This document shows positions 18,219-28,640 of a stretch of 64,000 bases of DNA, in pieces. Source of the stretch: Oscillospiraceae bacterium. GTDB taxonomy: Bacteria > Bacillota > Clostridia > Oscillospirales > Ruminococcaceae. Every line of letters starts with the position of its first letter. The stretch's first letter is position 1. The position numbers and the translations under genes are program-made. The stretch is taken from assembly GCA_031549285.1 (NCBI GenBank), contig JAVBPZ010000006.1:8196-72195 (forward strand), written 5' to 3'. The notes beneath the pieces are model-generated. The model saw nothing but the letters and a program-made list of their open reading frames with translations, did no database searches and was not told the origin of the DNA.

Positions 18219-19577
18219 TTACCTCTTTGTCAGCAGTGCAACGGCCTCCACATGCCGGGTGCGGGGGAACATATCCACCGGCTGCACCTGTTGTGTTTGG
18301 TATCCTTTTTCCTGCAATATGGCCAGGTCCCGCGCCAGAGTGGCCGGGTTACAGCTGACCATGACGATGCGCCGTGGCGCCATGGAAACCAGCGCTTGCA
18401 AGGTGACAAGGTCTGCGCCTTTACGGGGAGGGTCCAGAACTGCAATGGTGGGGGAATAGCCTTCGTTCAGCAGGGCGGTGGCGGCGGTGGCGGCGTCCGC
18501 GCACAGGAAGCGGGTGTTGGTTAGGTTCATCTCGGTGGCGCTGGCCTGGGCGGCGGCCACAGCTTCCGGGACGACCTCCACCCCGGTCAGGCTGTGGCAG
18601 CTGGCCGCCATGGACAGGCCAATGACCCCCGCGCCGCAGTATAGGTCCAGCAGCCGGTCATCCGGTGTGGCGGCGGCCCAGCGGCGCACCACCGCGAAAA
18701 GCTGCTGGGCACCGGCGCTGTTTACCTGCGCAAAAGATTTTTCGTCCAGCCGTACCGGCACCCCGGCCAGTGTGTCCTGTATGCTCCCGTCGCCAAACAG
18801 CACCCGGCTGTCCGGCCCGCAGATTACATTGGTGTTGTCCGGGTTGCGGTTTAGCAGAATGGTACGGATGGCAGGGAACTCCGCCGTCAGCGTTTCTGTC
18901 AGCATTTCCGCGCCGGGCACCTGAAAACCGGTTACCACCAGACACAGCATCACCTGGCCGGTGTGCGCACCTATGCGCAGGTAAATGTGCCGTATAAGGC
19001 CGGTGTGGCTGGTTTCATCATAGGGTGCGGCGCCGGCCTGTTGCAGCAGCTGGGCGGTGCGTGTGGCAATTTGGTTTAAAATCTCCGGTTGCAGCAGGCA
19101 GTCTGCGCAGGGAACCACCCGGTGGCTGTGCTGTGCAAAAAAACCATAGGTCAGCAGCCCGTCTGGTCCGGCGGCCACAGGATACTGTACTTTATTCCGG
19201 TAGCGGTCCATGGCAGGGGATGGTAATATTGGCAGCACCGGCGCCTCTATTTTGCCCAGGCGGGACAGGGCGTCTGCCACAAACCGTTGTTTCGCGGCCA
19301 GCTCCGCCTCATAGGTCAGGTGGCGAAAACAGCACCCGCCGCACACCCGGCCAATGGGGCAGTCCATTTTCTGCCGTCCGGGGCCCGGGGTGATGATTTT
19401 TTCCAGCCGGCCATAAGCATAGCGTGGCGCCGCCTTTACAATTTTTACCTGCAGCACATCGCCCACCGCGGCGGCCGGCACAAACACAGCCTGCCCGTCG
19501 TGGTGGCCCACGCCGTTGCCGTCGCTGGAAATATCGGTAATGGACAGGGGAATGATCTGGTTTTTTACAAGGGACAT
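18219..19577 (-). CDS. rlmD: 23S rRNA (uracil-5-)-methyltransferase, RumA/RlmD family
   Basis: The start is MSLVKNQIIPLSITDISSDGNGVG (TRAM domain). A Cys cluster (CPIGRVCGGCCFRHL) and a SAM motif (LDLYCGAGVIG) are present. The ORF-track N-terminal extension is rejected. Confidence 0.85.
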   Translation of the reverse strand: MSLVKNQIIPLSITDISSDGNGVGHHDGQAVFVPAAAVGDVLQVKIVKAAPRYAYGRLEKIITPGPGRQKMDCPIGRVCGGCCFRHLTYEAELAAKQRFVADALSRLGKIEAPVLPILPSPAMDRYRNKVQYPVAAGPDGLLTYGFFAQHSHRVVPCADCLLQPEILNQIATRTAQLLQQAGAAPYDETSHTGLIRHIYLRIGAHTGQVMLCLVVTGFQVPGAEMLTETLTAEFPAIRTILLNRNPDNTNVICGPDSRVLFGDGSIQDTLAGVPVRLDEKSFAQVNSAGAQQLFAVVRRWAAATPDDRLLDLYCGAGVIGLSMAASCHSLTGVEVVPEAVAAAQASATEMNLTNTRFLCADAATAATALLNEGYSPTIAVLDPPRKGADLVTLQALVSMAPRRIVMVSCNPATLARDLAILQEKGYQTQQVQPVDMFPRTRHVEAVALLTKR

Positions 19578-19855
19578 GTTACGGCTCCTATACAAAGGAA
19601 TTATAGTTTGCGAAAAAACGAGGTTTTTGGAAACCCCGGCGGGACGACCTATTCCGTCTACAGCATATAAAAGGAGTATACCACGCCGGGGTTTCCTGCC
19701 ACAAGCTATCTTCCAGGCTGCCCGGGTGGCACAAGGATTCTCCGAACAAGCACGGCGGCGAAAGGACAATACAACTTTCCGCACAAAATGGAATGTGCAT
19801 CCGCATCTTTACTTGACATGCGGGTTTTTGCTATAATGACGGGGAGGTGATGACA

Positions 19856-21157
19856 ATGTACACAACCGGACAACTTAAAGATGCCATCCTGGCCGGCAGG
19901 TTTGATAAGACGTTTTCTGTTTTGTATGCGGACGCGCCGGCGGTTATAGAGGCTCAGCGCGCGCGTTATGTAGAGAGCATCGGCGCTTTTGAGGAACATT
20001 TTGGCGCGGGCAGAACCGTTTCCTTGTATTCCACCCCCGGCCGCACGGAAATAGGCGGCAACCATACCGACCACAACCAGGGCATTGTCATGGCGGCGGC
20101 GGTGAATCTGGATATCATAGCGGTGGTGGGGCAGACAGATACCAACACGGTGCAGGTGAAATCTAAGGGGTTCAACCGCATTGACGTGGTGGATCTTTCC
20201 AACCTGGCCCCCAGCGAAGAAGAATACGGTAAATCCCTGGGCCTGGTGCGCGGCGTGGCGGCGGGCATTGTGCAGCGCGGCGGCGTGGTGGGCGGCTTCG
20301 ACGCGTATACAACCTCCAATGTGTTTCCCGGCAGCGGCCTGTCCAGCTCGGCCGCGTTCGAGGTGTGCCTGGGCAGCATTTTTAACGGCGAATACAACCA
20401 GGGACGCTTTACCCCGGTGGAACTGGGCATCATCAGCCAGCAGGCGGAGAACCAGTTCTTTGGCAAACCGTCCGGCCTGATGGACCAAACCGCGTGCGCG
20501 GTGGGCAGCGCCATCACCATCGATTTTGCCGACCTGCAAAACCCGGTGGTACAGCGCATCCCCTTTAACCTGGCCAGCTATCGGCATCACCTGGTCATCA
20601 CCGACACCAAGGGCAGCCACTCCGGCCTGACCGATGAGTACGCGGCGATTCGCCACGAGATGGAGGCGGTGGCGGCGTTCTTTGGCAAAAAGGTCCTGCG
20701 CGAAGTGGAGCGCGCACAGTTTTTTAAACAAATACCCGCTGTGCGGGAAAAGCTGGGTGACCGCGCAGTGCTACGCGCTATACACTTTTATGAAGAATGC
20801 CGCCGGGTGCCGCTGCTGGTGGGCGCCATAAACGACGGAAAGTTCGACGAGTTCCTGCGGCTGATTGTGGAGGGCGGAAACTCCTCCTTTGAATACAACC
20901 AAAACGCCTATGTGGGCAGCGACCCGCAGCACCAGGGGATATCACTGGGTCTGGCATTGTCGCAGTTGGTGCTGATGGGCAAAGGCGCGTGGCGGTTGCA
21001 GGGCGGCGGTTTTGCCGGGACCATCCAGGCGTTTGTGCCGGATGGGGCACTGTCGCAGTATTGCGCCACGCTGGACGACGTGTTTGGCGCGGGGTCCTGC
21101 CACGTGCTGTCGGTACGCGAGGTGGGCTGCACGCAGGTGCGGGAGGATGGGGTGTAA
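19856..21157 (+). CDS. galK: galactokinase
   Basis: The galactokinase signature GRTEIGGNHTDHNQG and the GHMP motif PGSGLSSSAA are present. ATG at 19856 lies 8 nt after GGAGG. Confidence 0.9.
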   Translation: MYTTGQLKDAILAGRFDKTFSVLYADAPAVIEAQRARYVESIGAFEEHFGAGRTVSLYSTPGRTEIGGNHTDHNQGIVMAAAVNLDIIAVVGQTDTNTVQVKSKGFNRIDVVDLSNLAPSEEEYGKSLGLVRGVAAGIVQRGGVVGGFDAYTTSNVFPGSGLSSSAAFEVCLGSIFNGEYNQGRFTPVELGIISQQAENQFFGKPSGLMDQTACAVGSAITIDFADLQNPVVQRIPFNLASYRHHLVITDTKGSHSGLTDEYAAIRHEMEAVAAFFGKKVLREVERAQFFKQIPAVREKLGDRAVLRAIHFYEECRRVPLLVGAINDGKFDEFLRLIVEGGNSSFEYNQNAYVGSDPQHQGISLGLALSQLVLMGKGAWRLQGGGFAGTIQAFVPDGALSQYCATLDDVFGAGSCHVLSVREVGCTQVREDGV

Positions 21158-21201
21158 ACTTTCGCTGGACTATCCGCAGACAAACAGCTTTTCAAAAACA
21201 C

Positions 21202-21230
21202 TTGCAAACCGGCGCGCCGTGTGGTACTAT
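21202..21230 (+). promoter_or_regulatory. promoter of rplS, followed by a leader of about 115 nt
   Basis: TTGCAA, a 17-nt spacer, then TACTAT. The leader could be an L19 autoregulatory leader, but I did not recognise it with confidence. Confidence 0.45.
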
Positions 21231-21346
21231 ATTTTAGCGTACGGTTCGGCTGGCGCCACCAGCAGGGTCGATGGAGTACATGGAACGGACAGTCCTCTGC
21301 CGCAATGGCACGAATGTCTAACAAAAAAATGGAGGATTGAACCATC

Positions 21347-21688
21347 ATGGACGCGTTGAAGATCATTGAAGAGGGTTCCATAAAAGCAGAAAAACCAAAG
21401 TTTGAAGTGGGCGATACCGTAAAGGTGTCGGTTCGTATCAAGGAAGGCGAGAGGGAGCGTATCCAGGCGTTTGAGGGTGTGGTCATCGCCAAAAAACACG
21501 GCGGTGTGCAGGAGACCTTCACGGTGCGCCGGTCGTCTTATGGCGTGGGTGTAGAGCGTGTGTTCCCCATAAACTCCCCGTTTGTGGAAAAGGTAGAGGT
21601 TGTGCGCAGAGGTAAGGTACGGCGCGCGAAGCTGTTCTATCTGCGGCAGCGCACCGGCAAGGCGGCCAAGGTAAAACAGAAACTGTAA
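21347..21688 (+). CDS. rplS: 50S ribosomal protein L19
   Basis: The sequence reads [35 protein letters not shown]...TVRR...GVERVFP. Confidence 0.97.
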   Translation: MDALKIIEEGSIKAEKPKFEVGDTVKVSVRIKEGERERIQAFEGVVIAKKHGGVQETFTVRRSSYGVGVERVFPINSPFVEKVEVVRRGKVRRAKLFYLRQRTGKAAKVKQKL

Positions 21689-21811
21689 TGTATACTCGCA
21701 AGGGGCAATGAGAATTGTCCCTTGTTTCTTTTTCTGATATAATACTACAGTAGAACTTATTAATTGTTTTGTGGTGAAAAATGGCCCGGCCAGGGAACGG
21801 AGGCGGTGTTC

Positions 21812-22351
21812 GTGGACCAACGGCAAAAAGAAAAAAATGTGGCGGCGCTGGAGTGGTTCGACGCGCTGGTTTTTGCGCTGACACTGGTGTTAATTATCCT
21901 GTTGTTCTTTGTGCGCACCATGACCGTGAACGGCACCTCCATGGTGCCCACGTTGTCGGACGGGGACCAGCTGCTGGCGCGCAGCTTTATGTACTCGCCA
22001 GAGCGGGGCGATATAGTGGTGGTGGATGGCTATACCCAGTTTGGCCTGCCGCTGGTGAAGCGGGTGATTGGCGTGTCCGGCGACGTGGTGGATATTGATT
22101 TTAACACCGGCGTGGTAACCGTGAACGGCGAGGTATTGGACGAAGAATACATCGCCGACCCCACCACCCGGTCATTTGACGTTTCGTTCCCGGTAACAGT
22201 GCCGGAGGGCAAGGTCTTTTTGATGGGGGACAACCGTTTGTATTCGAAAGACAGCCGTTCCTCCGATATAGGCATGATAGACGAGCGGGATCTTTTGGGC
22301 AAGGTGTTTTTCCGCATCTTGCCCGCCAACCAGTTTGGTGTGGTGGAATGA
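21812..22351 (+). CDS. lepB: signal peptidase I
   Basis: The motifs GTSMVPTL (catalytic Ser), VKRVIG (Lys box) and GDNRLYSKDSR are present. The likely start is GTG at 21812 after GGAGG; the ORF is open from 21764. Confidence 0.88.
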   Translation: MDQRQKEKNVAALEWFDALVFALTLVLIILLFFVRTMTVNGTSMVPTLSDGDQLLARSFMYSPERGDIVVVDGYTQFGLPLVKRVIGVSGDVVDIDFNTGVVTVNGEVLDEEYIADPTTRSFDVSFPVTVPEGKVFLMGDNRLYSKDSRSSDIGMIDERDLLGKVFFRILPANQFGVVE

Positions 22352-23229
22352 GCGAGGATGCCCTGAACAGACGCAACATACACTGGTTTCCGGGACACAT
22401 GATGCGCACGCTGCGCAGCATAGAAAAACACCTGCCGCTGGTGGATGCCGTGGTACAGCTTTTGGACGCGCGCATTCCCGCCAGCAGCCTGAACCCAGAC
22501 CTGCAAAAAGCCTGCGGGACAAAACCCCGGCTGTATATTTTAAACAAGGCGGACCTGGCCGATGAGGCGGTTAGCGCCGCTTGGCTTACGTACTTTAAAA
22601 GCGGCGGAAACGGCTGTGTGGCGGTGGACAGCCGCCGAAAAGGCGCCGCGGCCGAAGCGCGCCGGGTGGTGGAAGATGCGCTGGCCGGCCTGCTGGCACA
22701 GCGCAGGGAAAAAGGAATGCAGGGCGCCAAAACCCGCCTAATGGTGGTGGGCATTCCAAACGTGGGGAAGTCGACCTTTATAAACAACTGGGCTGGCGGT
22801 GCGCGCGCAAAAGCCGCGGACAAGCCGGGCGTTACCCGGGGGGAGCAATGGATAAACGCCGGAAAGTATGAACTGCTGGACATGCCGGGCGTTTTGTGGA
22901 AACGGTTCGAGACGCCGGAAACCGCGGTAAACCTGGCGCTGATCGGTTCCATCCCGAACGATTTGCTGGATATGGAGGACATAGCGGCCGGGCTGCTGGC
23001 GCAGTTGGCGGGGGCGTATGTTGGTCGCCTGCGCGAACGGTTTAAGCTGGGCGAACAGGAAGTGCCGCTGGACGGCTGGGAGTTGCTGGAGTGTATAGGC
23101 AGGCGGCGCGGCATGCTGGTGTCCGGGGGTGAAGTGGACACCGAGCGCGCGGCCATCATGGTGCTGGACGAGTTCCGTGCCGGGAAGTTCGGGCGCATTT
23201 CGCTGGAAAAACCGCCCGGGAATGTGTAA
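22348..23229 (+). CDS. rbgA: ribosome biogenesis GTPase A (YlqF/RbgA)
   Basis: The sequence contains HWFPGHM, circularly permuted GTPase motifs (LNKADL...GIPNVGKST...DMPG) and an ATGA overlap with lepB. Confidence 0.9.
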   Translation: MSEDALNRRNIHWFPGHMMRTLRSIEKHLPLVDAVVQLLDARIPASSLNPDLQKACGTKPRLYILNKADLADEAVSAAWLTYFKSGGNGCVAVDSRRKGAAAEARRVVEDALAGLLAQRREKGMQGAKTRLMVVGIPNVGKSTFINNWAGGARAKAADKPGVTRGEQWINAGKYELLDMPGVLWKRFETPETAVNLALIGSIPNDLLDMEDIAAGLLAQLAGAYVGRLRERFKLGEQEVPLDGWELLECIGRRRGMLVSGGEVDTERAAIMVLDEFRAGKFGRISLEKPPGNV

Positions 23230-23385
23230 AGTAAAACTAGTTTACACCAAACCGTTGCTCCCACTGCGTTTTAGCGGATAGGGCAAAAGAAACCCAGGGG
23301 CAGCATGGTTTCATTTCCTTTTTAAATATGACCAGTACGTACCCGATACACCACACAACACTATGGGCGAAGGAGTAACCACACC

Positions 23386-24009
23386 ATGGCGACTGGTACC
23401 GGCAGAAGCGCAGAGGCGCTGTATAGCCACGACGCCGCCCTGTGCCCGGCAGAGGGTCTTTTGTGCGGCGTGGACGAGGCCGGACGCGGGCCGCTGTGCG
23501 GCCCGGTGGGGGTGGCGGCGGTTGTTTTGGACCCGGCGAACCCCATTGACGGCATTGATGACTCCAAGCTGTTGAGCGAAAAAAAACGGGAAACACTGTA
23601 CCCGGAAATTGTGGAAAAGGCGATTGCCTGGCAGGTGATTCTGGTACCGCCGCAAGAAATCGACCGCATCAATATCCTGCAGGCCACCCTGTCCGGCATG
23701 CGACAGGCGGTGGAGGGCCTGCCGGTGACCCCGGCGCTGGTGCTGGTGGACGGGAACCGTTGCCCGCCGTTGGCGGTGCCCAGCCTGGCGGTGACCAAAG
23801 GAGACTCGAAATCTGCCTGTATTGCGGCGGCGTCTATTTTGGCGAAGGTGACGCGGGATAGGTTTATGTGCGAACTGGACCGGGAATACCCACAGTACCA
23901 GCTGGCGAAACACAAGGGCTACCCCACAAAGCTGCACTACGAGCTGCTGGAGGAATATGGTATACAAAGCTTTTACCGGCGTTCATTTTTGAAAAACCGG
24001 GGCCTTTGA
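23386..24009 (+). CDS. rnhB: ribonuclease HII
   Basis: The motifs GVDEAGRGPLCGPV and DDSKLL are present, and the rbgA-rnhB synteny is conserved. Confidence 0.92.
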   Translation: MATGTGRSAEALYSHDAALCPAEGLLCGVDEAGRGPLCGPVGVAAVVLDPANPIDGIDDSKLLSEKKRETLYPEIVEKAIAWQVILVPPQEIDRINILQATLSGMRQAVEGLPVTPALVLVDGNRCPPLAVPSLAVTKGDSKSACIAAASILAKVTRDRFMCELDREYPQYQLAKHKGYPTKLHYELLEEYGIQSFYRRSFLKNRGL

Positions 24010-24016
24010 ATACAGG

Positions 24017-24403
24017 ATGGACGGGAAGAAAATGGACAGGAAAACCAAAGGAGCACTGGGCGAAAGCATGGCGGCGGCGCAGTACCGGGCGGACGGGTAC
24101 GAGGTTTTGGACCATAACTACCGCACCCGCCAGGGGGAAATAGACCTGGTGGTATCACAGCGGGAAACGCTGGTGTTTGTAGAGGTAAAAACCCGCAGCC
24201 CCGGTGGCATAGGTACCCCGCGAGAGGCAGTGACAACGCAAAAGCAAAAACGCCTGGCACTGGCGGCGCTGGACTATATTGCGCAGAAAAACGTAGGCGA
24301 CATGCGTATGCGTTTTGACGTGGTGGAGGTTTTATTGCAGCAGGGCGGTGCGCCGCAATTGCATCGCATAGAAAACGCGTTTGAGTACCAGCCGGGCTGG
24401 TAA
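24017..24403 (+). CDS. yraN: YraN family (UPF0102) endonuclease-like protein
   Basis: The sequence reads GALGESMAAAQYRADGYEVLDHNYRTRQGEIDLV...LVFVEVKTR. Confidence 0.85.
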   Translation: MDGKKMDRKTKGALGESMAAAQYRADGYEVLDHNYRTRQGEIDLVVSQRETLVFVEVKTRSPGGIGTPREAVTTQKQKRLALAALDYIAQKNVGDMRMRFDVVEVLLQQGGAPQLHRIENAFEYQPGW

Positions 24404-24572
24404 TGGGTACGGAAAAAACGAGGGAACGCAGAAAATTATTGAAAGAATAGTTGCTTTTTTTACCAAATCCACTTTGAATATTCGCCTTAATATGCGGCGA
24501 CCAACAGCCGCCGGAACACTTAGAACGAAAATCATTGGGCCGGAGTGCCTATTTTTAAAAGGGAGTACAGCC

Positions 24573-26033
24573 ATGGAATACACAAGCACAAGGGATGCCA
24601 CAAAACGAATATCGGCCGCCGAGGCCATTGTTACCGGCCTGTCGCCGGACGGCGGGCTGTTTGTGCCGGTGAAGATACAGCCGGTGGATTTTCGTCCGCT
24701 GATTGGCAGCGCGTACAACGAAGTGGCATACGCGGTATTGCGCGGTTTTTTGCCGGAATACAGCGAGGATTTTCTGCGCGGTGCGCTGGCGGACAGTTAC
24801 GGAAAGAACTTTGGTGGGAAAGCCGGAGAGCTGGTGCCTCTGGCGGACAGCGCCAGTGTGCTGGAACTGTGGCACGGGCCGACCGCGGCGTTCAAGGACT
24901 ATGCCCTGCAGCTGATGCCCCGCCTGTTGGTGGAGGCAAAACGCCTGCTGGCGCGGGATGAAAGCACTCTTATTCTGGTGGCGACCAGCGGCGACACCGG
25001 CAAGGCCGCGCTGGAAGGATTCAAGGATATTCCAGGTATCAAGATTGCGGTTTTCTACCCTGAAAGCGGCACCAGCGAGGTGCAGCGGCTGCAGATGGTC
25101 ACCCAGGACGGCGACAATGTGGCGGTGTATGCCGTGCGCGGGAACTTTGACGATGCGCAGCGCGGCGTGAAACAGGCGTTTGGCGATGCGGCGCTGGCGG
25201 AAAAACTGGCCGCCAAAAACGAAAAACTGTCCAGCGCCAACTCTATTAACTGGGGCCGGCTGCTGCCGCAGATTGTGTACTATGCCACCAGCTACCTGCG
25301 GCTGTGCGCCGCGGGGACCATATCCTATGGCCAGCCGCTGGACTTCTGTGTGCCAACCGGCAATTTTGGCGATATTATGGCCGGGTATTATGCAAAGCAG
25401 CTGGGGATACCAGTGGGGAAACTGATCTGCGCATCCAACCAAAACAACGTACTGGCAGAATTTCTGGAGACCGGGCGCTACAACGCGCAGCGGCCGTTTT
25501 ATAAAACCAGTTCGCCGTCCATGGATATTTTAGTGTCCTCCAACCTGGAGCGGCTGCTGTACCACGCCAGCGGCAGCGACGAAAAGGTACGCGGCTGGAT
25601 GCGCCAGCTGGCGGAAACCGGCAGTTACCAGATAGATGCCGACACGCTGGCGGCGGTGCGCGCGGTGTTTGCCGGTGGCTGGGTGGACGAGAACGAAGTC
25701 GGTGAAGAGATTGCGCAACTGTATGAACAGCAGGGGTATTTATGCGACCCGCACACCGCGGTGGCGTTCCGTGTGCTGCGGCGCCGGCGCGCGGCGGGTG
25801 ACGATACCCCAACGGTGGTGCTGTCCACCGCCAGCCCGTTCAAGTTCAGCGGAAAGGTCCTTTCCGCGCTGGGGCATATCGTGCCGCAGGATGAGTTCCA
25901 GGCGCTGGATGCGCTGGAAAAGGCCACCGGGCAAACCGTCCCTGCATCGCTGGCGTCTCTACAGGGACGGCCGGTACGCTTTACAGAAAGCATCGACCCA
26001 GCGCAGATTCCCGCGGTACCGCTGTCGCTGTAG
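24573..26033 (+). CDS. thrC: threonine synthase (long form)
   Basis: The start is MEYTSTRD, followed by LWHGPTAAFKDYALQ (PLP lysine) and ATSGDTGKAA. The ORF-track N-terminal extension is rejected. Confidence 0.9.
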   Translation: MEYTSTRDATKRISAAEAIVTGLSPDGGLFVPVKIQPVDFRPLIGSAYNEVAYAVLRGFLPEYSEDFLRGALADSYGKNFGGKAGELVPLADSASVLELWHGPTAAFKDYALQLMPRLLVEAKRLLARDESTLILVATSGDTGKAALEGFKDIPGIKIAVFYPESGTSEVQRLQMVTQDGDNVAVYAVRGNFDDAQRGVKQAFGDAALAEKLAAKNEKLSSANSINWGRLLPQIVYYATSYLRLCAAGTISYGQPLDFCVPTGNFGDIMAGYYAKQLGIPVGKLICASNQNNVLAEFLETGRYNAQRPFYKTSSPSMDILVSSNLERLLYHASGSDEKVRGWMRQLAETGSYQIDADTLAAVRAVFAGGWVDENEVGEEIAQLYEQQGYLCDPHTAVAFRVLRRRRAAGDDTPTVVLSTASPFKFSGKVLSALGHIVPQDEFQALDALEKATGQTVPASLASLQGRPVRFTESIDPAQIPAVPLSL

Positions 26034-26200
26034 CGATAGCAGCAGCGCATCGGTATTATAAGGGCTTTTTGGGCCAGAAAGCATGTTTATTCTCGCTGGG
26101 TGTTACTATGCGCCCCAGGCGAAGTGCTATATTTGTATAGGAACTTGGAACATGCACAACAACATGGTGGCTGCGGAACCTGTGTATTTTCGGAGGTGTT

Positions 26201-26902
26201 ATGGCACTTTTTACAATAGGCGATTTACATCTGGCGCTGGGCACCGACAAGCCGATGGATATTTTTTCCGGCTGGCAGGACTATGTGCAGCGGCTGGTGG
26301 AAAACTGGCGGCGCCTGGTAACAAAAGACGATACCGTGGTGTTGCCGGGGGATACCTCCTGGGCCATGCACCTGGCGGACACCGCCGCGGATTTTGCGTT
26401 TTTGCAGGCGCTGCCGGGCAAAAAGATTATTGGAAAAGGCAACCACGATTACTGGTGGGGTACCCTGAAAAAGATGCAGGCATTTTGCGAGCAGCAGGGG
26501 TTTAACACCATTTCCTTCCTGCACAACAACTGTTATCTGGAAAGCGGCATGGCCATATGTGGTACGCGGGGCTGGCTGTTTGAAACCGGCGAAGAACTGG
26601 ACGCCAAGGTGATGCAGCGCGAGGTGGGGCGGCTGGCGGCGTCCTTGCAGGCGGCCCAGGCGCAGTACCCCGGGGCGGAAAAGCTGGTATTCTTGCATTA
26701 CCCGCCGCTATACAGGAACGCGTCCTCGCCACAGATATTGGCACTATTACAAGAATATGGCGTAAAACGCTGTTTTTATGGGCACCTGCACGGGGAAAGC
26801 GTGCAGTGGGCGGTGCAGGGCGTGCGGGACGGGGTCTCGTACCGGCTTATCAGCGCGGACGGGCTGGGGTTTTGTCCGCTGGCGGTGGAACCAGCCGGGT
26901 AG
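26201..26902 (+). CDS. metallophosphoesterase family protein
   Basis: Calcineurin-like motifs are present: GDLHL, LPGDTSW and GNHDYWW. Confidence 0.8.
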   Translation: MALFTIGDLHLALGTDKPMDIFSGWQDYVQRLVENWRRLVTKDDTVVLPGDTSWAMHLADTAADFAFLQALPGKKIIGKGNHDYWWGTLKKMQAFCEQQGFNTISFLHNNCYLESGMAICGTRGWLFETGEELDAKVMQREVGRLAASLQAAQAQYPGAEKLVFLHYPPLYRNASSPQILALLQEYGVKRCFYGHLHGESVQWAVQGVRDGVSYRLISADGLGFCPLAVEPAG

Positions 26903-27024
26903 GCCGGGCGTTTGTGCGCCGCCAGGTAGGCCGGATGTGCTGCCTTTTGGGCGGGTGACCGGGTAAATGGTGCAAGAACCGTGAATAATCCGCGTATAAA
27001 TCGTAAAAGATGGCGCGGAATGTA

Positions 27025-27053
27025 TGGTCAATGGTTTTAGGATGTGGTATAAT
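27025..27053 (+). promoter_or_regulatory. promoter of tig (extended -10)
   Basis: TGGTCA, a 17-nt spacer, then TGgTATAAT (27045-27053). Confidence 0.55.
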
Positions 27054-27173
27054 ATTTTAGGTTTAGCCTGGGGTGCGTTTTTGGGCTGGCCGGGTTTGTA
27101 TCGGCGCGGTGCGCCGCATGCCGTCAGGGGAAAGTGAACCGGGCGGGTAATACTGTATAAGGAGCAATATGGG

Positions 27174-28550
27174 ATGAAGCTGAACAAAAACGAAAAGACC
27201 GGTACCAATATCGTGGAGATGGAGATTGCAGTAGAACCCGAGGTATTCCGTGAGGCAGTGTCGCGCGTGTACAAACGCGAAGGAAAAAAATACAACGTGC
27301 CGGGCTTTCGAAAAGGCCATGCGCCGCGCAATTTAATAGAAAAAATGTACGGGGAAGACGTGTTTTTCCTGGACGCCGTGAACGATGTGTTCCCGGAAGC
27401 GTATGACGCCGCCGTGAAGGAAGCCGGCATTGAGCCGGTGGACCGTCCGGAAGCAGACGTGGTGTCCTTGAGCACCGCGGACGGTGCCGTGGTGAAGGTG
27501 GTTGTCACCGTGAAGCCGGAGATGACCGTGGGCAAGTACACCGGCCTGACCGCCACCCGCGCAGACAACGCAGTGGACGAGGAAAAGGTGGACGCCGAGA
27601 TTGCCAAAATGCAGGAGAGGAACGCCCGCCTGCTGACCCGTGAGGATGCCGCGAAGGACGGCGATATTGCAAACATAGACTATGAGGGTTCGGTGGACGG
27701 CGTACCGTTCGACGGCGGCAAGGATGCTGGGCACAAACTGAACCTGGGCTCGAACCAGTTTATTGAAGGGTTCGAGGAGCAGGTAATCGGCCACAAAACC
27801 GGCGAGGAGTTTGACATTAGCGTCACCTTCCCGAAGGAATACCATGCGGAAGAGCTGGCCGGAAAAGACGCCGTGTTTAAGGTAAAAATAAACGAAGTGC
27901 AGTATAAAGAACTGCCGGAGCTGGATGACGAGTTTGCCAAGGATGTGAGCGAGTATGACACGCTGGCGGAACTGAAGGACAGCATCCGCAAGGATATGCA
28001 GAAGGCGCTGGACGACGAAGCCGACCTGGAAGTGGAAAACCAACTGGTGGACCAGATTGTGGAAACCATGGAGGGCGAAATTCCCGACGTAATGTTTGAA
28101 AAGCGCGTGGACGACATGGTGAACGATTTCCGTTTCCGGCTGGAGCAACAGGGCCTGAACCTGCCCACCTACCTGCAGTATACCGGCATGGACGCAGAGG
28201 CGTTCCGCAACGGTTTCCGCGAGCAGGCGGAAAAACAGGTGAAAATGCGCCTGGCGCTGGAGACGGTGGCCCGGCTGGAAAACCTGGCGGCTACCGAGGC
28301 GGACATTGACGAAGAAATTGCCCGCATTGCTGAAAAATATAAGATGGAAGCCGACAAGGTGCGCAGCCTGATGCCGACCGAGGAGATTGCCAAGGACCTG
28401 GCGGTGAACAAGGCGATAGACCTGGTGAAGGAAAAGGCGACCATCAAAAAAGAAAAAGTGAAGAAGGCGGCCGACGAAAAGCCCGCCGCCAAGAAAGCCG
28501 CCCCGAAGGCAAAGAAACCGGCGGCGGAAAAAGAAACAGAAAAAGAGTAA
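27174..28550 (+). CDS. tig: trigger factor
   Basis: The sequence has GFRKGHAPRNLIEKMYG and an FKBP-type PPIase core (DYEGSVDGVPFDGG). It ends in a Lys/Ala/Pro-rich C-terminal tail. Confidence 0.95.
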   Translation: MKLNKNEKTGTNIVEMEIAVEPEVFREAVSRVYKREGKKYNVPGFRKGHAPRNLIEKMYGEDVFFLDAVNDVFPEAYDAAVKEAGIEPVDRPEADVVSLSTADGAVVKVVVTVKPEMTVGKYTGLTATRADNAVDEEKVDAEIAKMQERNARLLTREDAAKDGDIANIDYEGSVDGVPFDGGKDAGHKLNLGSNQFIEGFEEQVIGHKTGEEFDISVTFPKEYHAEELAGKDAVFKVKINEVQYKELPELDDEFAKDVSEYDTLAELKDSIRKDMQKALDDEADLEVENQLVDQIVETMEGEIPDVMFEKRVDDMVNDFRFRLEQQGLNLPTYLQYTGMDAEAFRNGFREQAEKQVKMRLALETVARLENLAATEADIDEEIARIAEKYKMEADKVRSLMPTEEIAKDLAVNKAIDLVKEKATIKKEKVKKAADEKPAAKKAAPKAKKPAAEKETEKE

Positions 28551-28640
28551 TTCTAATCGCATGCGAGTGGTGCACCAGCGCTCGCATGAAAAACCGGACG
28601 GTAAAACCGTAACATGGAAAACTTTAGGAGGCTGTGGCAT

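Noticed and set aside
19706-20731. 341-aa minus-strand ORF opposite galK
   Set aside because: It lies antisense to galK, which carries clear galactokinase and GHMP signatures. The ORF has no motifs of its own.
24404-24572. Possible T-box or riboswitch leader upstream of thrC
   Set aside because: The spacer is only about 170 nt. I could not find a T-box sequence, a specifier-loop architecture or a terminator/antiterminator pair.
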